Source: a bacterium (lineage in GTDB: Bacteria > RBG-13-61-14 > DATKZS01). From it: a stretch of DNA of 25,877 nucleotides. A model generated the notes under the pieces. The model was given only the letters and a program-made list of their open reading frames with translations, was not told where the DNA came from and made no database searches. Shown here piece after piece: positions 18,305 to 25,877 of the stretch (the stretch's first letter is position 1; each line of letters starts with the position of its first letter). The DNA lies in contig JAWOBU010000241.1 in NCBI GenBank assembly GCA_046484135.1, positions 1-25,877 of the forward strand, in the 5' to 3' direction. Position numbers and translations under genes: made by a program.

Positions 18305-21304
18305 ATGGCGAGCCGAATCGAGGTTAAGCATGTCTCCCCTGTCCGGGACGCGCGGGGGGAGGCCACCGGAAAAGTTATCGAGAGCGACCTTGGCATCAAG
18401 GTCTCGGGGGTAGAGACCATTGACGTGTACACCATTGACAAGGAGCTGTCGGCCGAGGACCTGGAGAGGTGCAAAGACGTTATCTTTGCCGACCCCATCA
18501 CCCAGGAGGCCGCGGTTGACCGTCCCTTAGGCGCCGACTTCCAGTGGGCCATTGAAGTCGGCTTCCTGCCGGGCGTTACCGATAACGTGGGCCGGACCGG
18601 CAAGGAGGCGATCGAGGACCTTTTAAAGACGAGGTTTTCCGAAGAGGAAGCGGTTTACACCTCTATCCGGTATTTGTTGCAGGGAGACCTGGACCGGGAG
18701 CAGGTGGACACCATATCGGGACGCCTGCACAACCCGCTTATCGAAAGGGTCCAGATAAAGAGCTACGAGGAATTCAAAAACGATGACGGCATGGACATGG
18801 TCATCCCGCGCGTCAAGCTCTCGGCCTCCGACGAGGTCAAGAAGGTCAGCCTGGACCTTCCGGACGACGAGCTCATAAAGCTCGGCAAGGAAGGCATTGT
18901 GGACCACGTTGAAGAAGACGGCGCCGAGGTCCGCCGAGGTCCCCTGGCGCTCGGTCTTCCCTACTTGAAGACCATCCGCGATTACTACTATCAAAAGGAA
19001 GGCAGGGACCCGAACGACATCGAGCTGGAAAGCCTGGCCCAGACCTGGTCCGAGCACTGCAAGCACACCATATTCGCGGCGCGGCTGGACGAGATAGACT
19101 CCATCTTCAACACCTATATCAAAGCGGCCACCCGTGAGGTCCGCGAGCAAAAGGGGGACACCGACATCTGCGTGTCCGTGTTCAAAGACAACTCCGGCGT
19201 CATCCGCTTTAACGAAGACTGGGACCTCTGTTACAAGGTCGAGACCCACAACAGCCCTTCCGCGCTCGACCCGTACGGAGGCGCCATCACCGGAATAGTG
19301 GGAGTGAACCGGGACCCCATGGGCACCGGCCAGGGCGCCCGACTGGTAACCAACATGTACGGGTTCTGCTTCGGGGACCCGTTTTATGAGGGCGAGCCGC
19401 TCTACCGGGCCAAGGGTAAACGCGACCCGGTTCTCCATCCCAAGGTCATATTCGAGGGAGTGCGCGAGGGGGTCGAGCACGGCGGCAACAAGTCGGGCAT
19501 TCCCACTCCGTGGGGGTTCATTCTTTTTGACGACCGGTACCGGGGCAAGCCGCTGGTGTTCGTGGGCACGGTGGGACTAATTCCCCGAAGACTGCACGGC
19601 AGGGGCTCGCATGAAAAAAGGGCCCGGGCCGGAGACATGATCGTGATGGCCGGAGGCCGGGTGGGAAAAGACGGCATACACGGGGCTACCTTCTCCTCCG
19701 AGGGACTGCACGAGGGAAGCCCGGCTTCCGCGGTCCAGATCGGGGACCCCATCACCCAGAAGAAGATGCACGACGCCCAGCTCGAACTCCGCGACAAGGG
19801 GCTTTACACCTCGGTAACCGACAACGGCGCGGGAGGCCTCTCCTGCTCGGTGGGAGAGATGGCCCGCGAGTGCGGGGGCGCGAGAGTGGACCTCGAACGC
19901 GTCCCCATCAAGTACCAGGGGCTCTTCCCCTACGAGGTCTGGATATCAGAAAGCCAGGAGCGCATGACCTATGCAGTACCGCCCGGCCACATCCGCGAGT
20001 TCCAGGAAATCATGCGCCGCCATGACGTGGAGGCCACCGTGATCGGACAGTTCACCGATTCGACCCGCTGCCGGGTGTATCTTCACGACAACATGATCAT
20101 GGACATGGACCTGGATTTCCTCCACGACGGCCTGCCCCAGATGGAGCTCCGCTCGAAGCCCGGGCGCAAGCTCTTGCCCGAGCCCGAGCTCGAGGATAAA
20201 GCCGACTACTCGGAAGACCTGGTTGACATGGTGGGAAGGCTGAACCTGTGCTCGCGCGAGTACGTGGTCCGCCAGTACGACCACGAAGTTCAGGGAGGCT
20301 CAGTCATAAAGCCGCTCGTGGGGGTAAAAAGCGACGTTCACCAGGAAGCCACCGTAACCCGGCCGCTTCTGGACTCCCTGGCGGGGGTCGCGCTCGCAAG
20401 CGGCATCCATCCCGGCTACGGCGACATAGACACCTATGCCATGGCCCGGTGCGGCATAGACACTGCCATCCGGAACGTGACCGCAGTAGGCGCGGACCCG
20501 GACCGAATTGTGTTACTCGACAACTTCTGCTGGTGCTCGTCGGACGAGCCGGAGCGGCTGGCCCAGTTGAAAAGAGCGGCGCAAGCTTGTTACGACACCG
20601 CCATAAGCTTCGGCACTCCCTTCATATCCGGCAAGGACAGCATGTTCAACGACTTCAAGGGCTTCGATGGAAACGACAATCCCGTAAAAATCTCCGTGCC
20701 TCCGACCCTGCTCATATCCAGCCTGGGGATCGTGCCAAACGTCAAAGACTGTGTGTCCATGGAACCCAAGTGCGAAGGCGACCTGGTGTACGTGATCGGC
20801 ATGACCCGCGACGAGCCGGGCGGCTCCGAATACTACGCCTATGTGGGCGAAAAGGAGAAAGGAGAGAAGTACATCGGCTGGAAGGTACCCAAGGTCGAGC
20901 CGGAAAGCGCCCGCATCCGGTACCGGAAGGTCTTCCAGGCCATCCGGGAAGGACTACTGGCAAGTTGCGCGTCCATAGGCCCGGGCGGGCTCGCGTACGC
21001 CCTCGCCCGCATGGCCATGGCCGCGGAGTGCGGCCTGTCCCTGGACCTGTCCGCTCTGCCGCGCGAGTCCCATCTTCCCGTACACAAGATGCTCTTCTCC
21101 GAGAGCATGAGCAGGATGGTGGTAACCATAAACCCGGAAAACCGGCGCCGCTTCCAGGAAATGTTCAAAAACGAGCCCGCCGACATGATCGGCAAAGTAA
21201 CCGGCTCCGGCGTGCTGGCCGCAAGAGGCCCGGACGGCAGCATGATGCTGGACGCGCCCGTGGCCCGGCTCAAGGAATCCTATAAGAAGACCCTGGACTG
21301 GTAG
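18305..21304 (+). CDS. purL: Phosphoribosylformylglycinamidine synthase, PurS-PurL fusion type (no glutaminase domain)
   Basis: PurS-like N-terminus (VRDARG; FLPGVTDNVG), QTWSEHCKH, KVETHNSPSALDPYGGAITG, GKDGIHGATFSS, VQIGDP, DNGAGG, SESQERM, QYDHEV, ISGKDSM. Confidence 0.95.
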   Translation: MASRIEVKHVSPVRDARGEATGKVIESDLGIKVSGVETIDVYTIDKELSAEDLERCKDVIFADPITQEAAVDRPLGADFQWAIEVGFLPGVTDNVGRTGKEAIEDLLKTRFSEEEAVYTSIRYLLQGDLDREQVDTISGRLHNPLIERVQIKSYEEFKNDDGMDMVIPRVKLSASDEVKKVSLDLPDDELIKLGKEGIVDHVEEDGAEVRRGPLALGLPYLKTIRDYYYQKEGRDPNDIELESLAQTWSEHCKHTIFAARLDEIDSIFNTYIKAATREVREQKGDTDICVSVFKDNSGVIRFNEDWDLCYKVETHNSPSALDPYGGAITGIVGVNRDPMGTGQGARLVTNMYGFCFGDPFYEGEPLYRAKGKRDPVLHPKVIFEGVREGVEHGGNKSGIPTPWGFILFDDRYRGKPLVFVGTVGLIPRRLHGRGSHEKRARAGDMIVMAGGRVGKDGIHGATFSSEGLHEGSPASAVQIGDPITQKKMHDAQLELRDKGLYTSVTDNGAGGLSCSVGEMARECGGARVDLERVPIKYQGLFPYEVWISESQERMTYAVPPGHIREFQEIMRRHDVEATVIGQFTDSTRCRVYLHDNMIMDMDLDFLHDGLPQMELRSKPGRKLLPEPELEDKADYSEDLVDMVGRLNLCSREYVVRQYDHEVQGGSVIKPLVGVKSDVHQEATVTRPLLDSLAGVALASGIHPGYGDIDTYAMARCGIDTAIRNVTAVGADPDRIVLLDNFCWCSSDEPERLAQLKRAAQACYDTAISFGTPFISGKDSMFNDFKGFDGNDNPVKISVPPTLLISSLGIVPNVKDCVSMEPKCEGDLVYVIGMTRDEPGGSEYYAYVGEKEKGEKYIGWKVPKVEPESARIRYRKVFQAIREGLLASCASIGPGGLAYALARMAMAAECGLSLDLSALPRESHLPVHKMLFSESMSRMVVTINPENRRRFQEMFKNEPADMIGKVTGSGVLAARGPDGSMMLDAPVARLKESYKKTLDW

Positions 21305-21471
21305 CTCTAAACCAAGTCTGTGAAGTTCCCTCATTTTTTGTAACCGGTCAGTCCCTCCATCAACGTCTCCGGCAAGCTGGACGTTTCTCTGTGTTTCCAA
21401 TCGGGAACATACAACTATTCCTTTCAAATGGACTTCATCACTCAGCCACCATGACAGCCCATTCTCGGCCA

Positions 21472-21659
21472 TCCGGACTAGCCCACAACTCGTTGTGTGG
21501 GCAGACTCACGAAGTGGGTCTGCAGGTACATTGTAAAAATATCTTCCCCCGCCTCCCTCATCAAACAGTCCCGCCTTCTTCGTGTATTTTACCAACCGAA
21601 GCGCATTCTCCCACGATCTTCGAGTACCCACACAACAAGTTGTGTGGGCCATCGTCCGG
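21472..21659. repeat. Inverted REP pair (CCGGAC..GCCCACACAAC-N2-GTTGTGTGGG) between convergent purL and sulfatase
   Basis: TCCGGACTAGCCCACAACTCGTTGTGTGGG at 21472-21501 vs CCCACACAACAAGTTGTGTGGGCCATCGTCCGG at 21627-21659. Confidence 0.7.
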
Positions 21660-21683
21660 GAGTTGTGTAATAGGCCAACTTCC

Positions 21684-21704
21684 TGCGAGCGGCTTCAGCC
21701 GCGA
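21684..21704. repeat. REP-like hairpin TGCGAGCGGCTTCAGCCGCGA
   Basis: Same family as 14201-14221; partial partner CGCTCGCA at 21712-21719. Confidence 0.7.
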
Positions 21705-21750
21705 CTTCCAACGCTCGCACAGTATGCGTTATTTAAAGTTTGACAAGACA

Positions 21751-23094
21751 CTACAGCTCTCCCCGCAAAGTGTCGCCGGTTTCACGCCGCCAGTCGTTTA
21801 CCAGCTTGCGGAAGCGCTTCTTCTCTGCCGCGGCGTCGCCGGTCCGTGCGAGGTTCTTGAGCTCGAGCGGGTCTTCCGGAAGGTAAAAGAGCTGCTCTTC
21901 GCCGTTCATGAACAGGGCGTACTTCCACTCGCCGGTGCAGAGCCCCCGCCAGGGTATGGTGTCGGCCAGATCGCCGGCAGAGCCTTCCATGAAGACGTGG
22001 GAGACAGGCTCGACTGCGTCTTCTCCGGTGCCGGGCTTTAAGTCTCGACCTGCCAGCGGCCGCGGCCACTCGACTCCGGCCAGGCCGCACAAGGTGGGCA
22101 CAAAGTCGAGGTGGCTCGTCAGGTCGTTCCTGTCCCTGGGACCGCGAGAGCCGGGCACTGATATCCAGAGAGGCACGCGGGATGCCTCCTCGTAGATGAG
22201 GCCCTTGTTCAGAAGCCCGTGGGAGCCGGCCATTTCTCCGTGGTCCGAGGTAAACACCACAATGGTGTTATCGGCCTGGCCGGTGTCCTCGAGTGCGTCC
22301 AGGAGGACCCCCAGGTTCTTGTCCGCGTCCATGATGAGGTCATGGTAATACTCGAGGTTCCCCTTCCAGTCGTCGCCCACTGACCCGTACCTGTCCCGGT
22401 TATTTTCAGGATGCATCTGCACCGCCTTTACGTTGTCGGACAGGTCGGTCTCGAGGTTGGGCGGGACCGAGACCTTTTTATCGGAGTAGGACGGGTACAG
22501 CGGATCAAAAGGCGGATAGCATATATCGTGCGGGTTTATGAGCGAACAGACCATGAACCAGGGGGTTTGGTCGGCATGGGTCCGCATCCAGAAGGCTGCT
22601 TCGCGGGCCACCAGCGGGTCGGAGCCTATAGCTATACGCTCGTTCGAGATGCGGCCGGAAAAGCCGTACTTCTTGGGCGTGCGCCGGTTCTTGACGTGGT
22701 GGCTAAGGTGCCACTTGCCAAAGTAGGCGCTCTGGTAGCCTGCGTCCGCAAACACGTTGCCCAGGTTGGGAACGTCGCGGGGAAGCTCGGGTATGACCTC
22801 GTCCGCGTAGATGTTGGCGTTGATGCCGAACTCGTGGGGGTACCGGCCGGTCATGAGGCTCGCGCGGCTTGGCGAGCACAGGGGGAACACGGCGTAGTGG
22901 TTTTGGAACTTGACCGCGGTTTCGGAGAGCCGGTCCCGCTGGGGCCTTGCTACCGGGTCGTCGTGGAGGGGGTAGCGTTCCTGGTCAACCAATACGAAAA
23001 GTATGTTGGGCCGCTCGGCCGCCCGCGCTCCTCGGGAAAGAAAGAGGCCTGCGCTCCCGAGACCCGCGCTCTGTAAAAACTCTCTTCTTTTCAT
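21751..23094 (-). CDS. Tat-exported Cys-type sulfatase (S1 family)
   Basis: MKRREFLQ twin-Arg signal ending ARA, PNILFVLVDQER, LCSPSRASLMTGRY, YFGKWHL, NPHD, FTSDHGEM; start set at 23094 after AAAGGA. Confidence 0.92.
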   Translation of the reverse strand: MKRREFLQSAGLGSAGLFLSRGARAAERPNILFVLVDQERYPLHDDPVARPQRDRLSETAVKFQNHYAVFPLCSPSRASLMTGRYPHEFGINANIYADEVIPELPRDVPNLGNVFADAGYQSAYFGKWHLSHHVKNRRTPKKYGFSGRISNERIAIGSDPLVAREAAFWMRTHADQTPWFMVCSLINPHDICYPPFDPLYPSYSDKKVSVPPNLETDLSDNVKAVQMHPENNRDRYGSVGDDWKGNLEYYHDLIMDADKNLGVLLDALEDTGQADNTIVVFTSDHGEMAGSHGLLNKGLIYEEASRVPLWISVPGSRGPRDRNDLTSHLDFVPTLCGLAGVEWPRPLAGRDLKPGTGEDAVEPVSHVFMEGSAGDLADTIPWRGLCTGEWKYALFMNGEEQLFYLPEDPLELKNLARTGDAAAEKKRFRKLVNDWRRETGDTLRGEL

Positions 23095-23128
23095 TATCGT
23101 GGTCCTTTCGCCATTTTTGCCCGCTCTC

Positions 23129-23158
23129 TTGTCAAGCCGCTTTTTACTAAAATATAAT
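23129..23158 (+). promoter_or_regulatory. Possible sigma70 promoter of the plus-strand sulfatase
   Basis: TTGTCA-N18-TATAAT. Confidence 0.45.
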
Positions 23159-23221
23159 AACCCTGGCTTTGCGGCAAGCGCTCGACGGACAATCATTCGA
23201 CCGCAATGGAAAGGAGCTGTC

Positions 23222-24562
23222 ATGGACAGGCGAAGGTTTGTACAGACCACCGGGCTCGGAGCCGCGGGCATTGCCGCGGGCAGGCGTGTTTCAGCATCGC
23301 GAAAGCCCAACATCGTTATCATCATGGCCGACGATCTCGGGTACGGCGATCTGGGCTGTTACGGCTCCGAAGCTATCAAGACGCCGGTGCTGGACCGGAT
23401 GGCTGACGAAGGCGCGAAGCTCACTTCCTTTTACTCGTCAGGGCCGGTGTGCACGCCGTCACGGGCCGGTCTTATCACCGGCAGGTACCCGATTCGGACG
23501 GGCGCTCACGACGTTTTCTTTCCGGACTGCAACCCATTGGTGAGCCTGCCCATCCATCTTTCCAGGGGACTGGGACCGGGCATGAGCCGGAACGAGATCA
23601 CCCTGGCCCAGGCGCTCAAACAGGGAGGATACGCCACCTGCTGTATCGGCAAGTGGCACCTCGGCGACCTGAAGAGTTACCGTCCCCACCACCGGGGGTT
23701 TGATCATTACATGGGACTCCTCTACTCGAACGACATGGTGCCCCTGCCTTTATACAGAAACGACGAGATCATTGACCCGCCGCCCGCGAACCAGGACCTG
23801 CTTACCCAAAAGTACACCAGCGAGGCGCTTTCATGGATAAAACAGAACAAGGACCGGCCCTTCTTCCTGTACCTGCCCCATACCTTCCCTCACATACCTT
23901 TGCACGCCTCCGAGGAGTTCCGGGGGACCTCGGAGGCCGGCCGCTACGGGGACTGCATCGAGGAGATAGACTGGAGCACCGGCGAGATCATGGACGCGCT
24001 CGAAAGATACGGGCTTTCCGAGAACACCTTTGTCTTTTTCACCTCGGACAATGGGCCGTGGTATCAGGGAAGTACCGGAAGAAGACGCGGAAGAAAAGGC
24101 GAGACTTTTGACGGAGGAATGCGCGTGCCCGCCATCGCCCGCTGGCCCGGAAAGATTCCGGCCGGGAGCGTCACCGACCAGATGAGCATGAACTTCGACC
24201 TTTTTACCACCGCGCTCGCCGTCGCCGGCCTAAACCCGCCTCAGGACCGGCCCATGGACGGAAAGAACATCATGCCGCTTCTACAAGGAGAAGACTCACC
24301 CCACAAAGCCCTTTACTTCTATAACTCGAAAGACCTACAGGCAGTACGAACCCAGAACTGGAAGTATCGCAGAAGACACGCCGGATACGCCACCAATTAC
24401 TGGATGGTGCCCAAAGGGCCCATGCTCTTCGACCTCACCAGCGACCACGACGAGTCCTACAACGTGATTGACCTCTACCCGGACAAGGCCCGCGAGATGG
24501 AAGAGCTCATGAAGAGCTTTGAGAAGAACCTGGTAAAGGGGGTGCCGGGCGAGCTGTTTTGA
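23222..24562 (+). CDS. Tat-exported Cys-type arylsulfatase A-like sulfatase (S1 family)
   Basis: MDRRRFVQ signal, PNIVIIMADDLGYGD, VCTPSRAGLITGRYP, IGKWHLG, YSNDM, FPHIPL, FTSDNGPW, GRKGETFDGGMRVP; start set at 23222 after AAAGGAG. Confidence 0.95.
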   Translation: MDRRRFVQTTGLGAAGIAAGRRVSASRKPNIVIIMADDLGYGDLGCYGSEAIKTPVLDRMADEGAKLTSFYSSGPVCTPSRAGLITGRYPIRTGAHDVFFPDCNPLVSLPIHLSRGLGPGMSRNEITLAQALKQGGYATCCIGKWHLGDLKSYRPHHRGFDHYMGLLYSNDMVPLPLYRNDEIIDPPPANQDLLTQKYTSEALSWIKQNKDRPFFLYLPHTFPHIPLHASEEFRGTSEAGRYGDCIEEIDWSTGEIMDALERYGLSENTFVFFTSDNGPWYQGSTGRRRGRKGETFDGGMRVPAIARWPGKIPAGSVTDQMSMNFDLFTTALAVAGLNPPQDRPMDGKNIMPLLQGEDSPHKALYFYNSKDLQAVRTQNWKYRRRHAGYATNYWMVPKGPMLFDLTSDHDESYNVIDLYPDKAREMEELMKSFEKNLVKGVPGELF

Positions 24563-24681
24563 TTGCCGGCGTGCCGATCTGTGAGAAAAACACCTTGAGA
24601 GCGGAAAGGAAAGGCGGTTAAAGAGAAGACTTTATGTTTAACGTGCTTTCCCCAAATATAAGACAAAAGCAAAAAGTTGTA

Positions 24682-24885
24682 TCACGCAGAGACGCCAAGA
24701 CGCAAAGAAGAGGGAGCCTTTTTTGAATTTAAAGACAGGAGATAAAACCACTGTAGTAATGCGATGATGTGAGGGGTCTTAGAGATCGAGGTTTTCGGAC
24801 AAACGGGCCGTCAGATATTTTCCGTGAAAAAGGGCAACGACCGGATTTCTTTGTTTTACCTTTGCGGTTTTGCGTCTTTGCGTGA
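24682..24885. mobile_element. ~200-bp octamer-TIR element copy E2 (204 bp)
   Basis: Ends TCACGCAGAGACGCCAAGACGCAAAG / CTTTGCGGTTTTGCGTCTTTGCGTGA (22/26 inverted); collinear with the reverse complement of E3. Confidence 0.8.
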
Positions 24886-24939
24886 AATAAAGATTTTTTT
24901 GGAACTCGGGGATCGTTTTTTAAAAGGAGGCTGGTAAAG

Positions 24940-25404
24940 ATGAGCAAGCTGGAGTTGGAAGACGTTGACGGGTTACGGGACTGGTCCGGCCATGAGGTCG
25001 GGGTAAGCGACTGGCACGAGGTCCGGCAGGAGGACGTTGATCTTTTCGCGCAAGCCACTGGGGACCACCAGTGGATTCACACTGATCCGGAACGTGCAAA
25101 GAACGAGTCTCCTTACGGCAGGACCATTGCGCACGGCTACTTCACCTTGAGCCTGGCGCCTGTATTGCGGGCGGAGGTCTTGGACGTGGGGGACAAGAAG
25201 ATGACCGTAAACTACGGGCTGGACAAGGTCCGCTTTCCCGCTCCCCTGCCGGTGGGAGAGAGCGTCCGGATGCGGTGTTTCCTGGAGGGCGTGGAAGAGA
25301 TAAAAGGCGGGCTCCAGACCTTCTGGACGTTGACCTTCGAGGTATCGAACCAGGAGAAGCCAGCCTGTGTGGCAAAGGCCATCTACCGGTACCTGTCGAG
25401 CTGA
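24940..25404 (+). CDS. MaoC-family (hot-dog fold) acyl-CoA dehydratase
   Basis: FAQATGDHQWIHTDPERA, TIAHGYFTLSL, VNYGLDKVRFPAP, EKPACVA; AGGAGG RBS. Confidence 0.95.
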   Translation: MSKLELEDVDGLRDWSGHEVGVSDWHEVRQEDVDLFAQATGDHQWIHTDPERAKNESPYGRTIAHGYFTLSLAPVLRAEVLDVGDKKMTVNYGLDKVRFPAPLPVGESVRMRCFLEGVEEIKGGLQTFWTLTFEVSNQEKPACVAKAIYRYLSS

Positions 25405-25464
25405 CGGATTGATCGGGAGGGGACTTCAATGATTTCATGCCACCCTTGAAAATAAATTTTTATT

Positions 25465-25663
25465 TCACGCAAAGGCGAAGCCGCAAAGGTAAAACAAAGA
25501 AATTCGAACCGTTGCCATTTTTTATGGAAAGCATCTTCAGGCTCGCTTGTCCGGGGGGGTCCATTTCTAAAACCCGACTTCGCCGGATCACTAAGGTTTT
25601 ATCTTCAGCTCTTCAAGTCCAAAAGAGATGCTCGATTCTCTGCGTCTCGGCGCCTCTGCGTGA
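25465..25663. mobile_element. ~200-bp octamer-TIR element copy E3 (199 bp), inverted relative to E1/E2
   Basis: Ends TCACGCAAAGGCGAAGCCGCAAAG / CTCTGCGTCTCGGCGCCTCTGCGTGA; 25481-25503 is the exact reverse complement of 24845-24867. Confidence 0.8.
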
Positions 25664-25846
25664 TAAAATTATTTTGAACACCACTGAACTTGAGAGTACC
25701 GCTTTCCCCCTTCCCGATCAATTCATTCGTTGACTGCAAGCATTCGTAATCCCTCCGCTCTTGATACGTCTATTCTCTCGCGCAGGAATTTCGCCAGGAT
25801 ATTTGATTTTGATGAATCCGCGATAAATTCCGGGAGGGTGTTTCTC

Positions 25847-25877
25847 ATGGCTATGGCGGTGACTTGTTCGGAGGGCG
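25847..25877 (+). CDS. Possible start of a gene running off the window (MAMAVTCSEG...)
   Basis: GGGAGG followed by ATG; too short to assign. Confidence 0.3.
   Translation, partial: MAMAVTCSEG

Noticed and set aside
21305..21470. purQ remnant or ncRNA after purL
   Set aside because: No PurQ motifs (PGxNC, GGFSxGD, GICNG) or recognisable RNA family visible by eye.
20248..22041. ORFs 20248-21285, 20954-21652 and 21391-22041
   Set aside because: Alternative-frame or antisense overlaps with purL and the sulfatase, running through REP hairpins; no protein-like features.
23003..23325. Overlapping long N-termini of the two sulfatases as given by the ORF track
   Set aside because: Likely starts are 23094 and 23222, each with an RBS and Tat leader, so the genes do not overlap.
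24729..25733. Small ORFs across the octamer elements (24729-25058, 25437-25733; also 11753-12013, 12029-12265)
   Set aside because: Shared peptide bits such as RKGKTKK only reflect the DNA repeat; frames and starts are not conserved among the three copies.

Overview
GC-rich bacterial chromosomal window, probably from a deltaproteobacteria-like lineage (inferred from gene order only). In order it holds: a repeat cluster (1-598) that truncates a cadherin/Ig-like lipoprotein gene; two GT-C (ArnT/PMT-like) membrane glycosyltransferases; a GAF-GGDEF diguanylate cyclase overlapping queA-tgt-yajC-secD-secF; DUF456; recJ; a minus-strand pyrR-pyrB-pyrC-galU run with a complete PyrR attenuator; a divergent PurS-PurL fusion gene; two divergent Tat-exported sulfatases; and a MaoC dehydratase. 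The coding content is mostly housekeeping. The unusual signal is in the intergenic DNA, which carries at least five non-coding repeat families nested in one another, with no transposase in the window. (i) Three copies of a ~200-bp element bounded by inverted triple-octamer (CTTTGCGN)3 ends; two copies bracket maoC in inverted orientation. (ii) A 305-bp CTAG-bounded MITE made of six hairpins, inserted in one of those copies. (iii) GGAGTGCG REP doublets with a shared tail whose end coincides with two truncations. (iv) Tiny palindromes (38 and ~25 bp) inserted in REP arms. (v) GCGAGCGGC REPs. SecD has an in-frame 108-aa N-terminal membrane extension and an apparently duplicated Cys-containing loop. 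All calls were made by eye; no database search was run.
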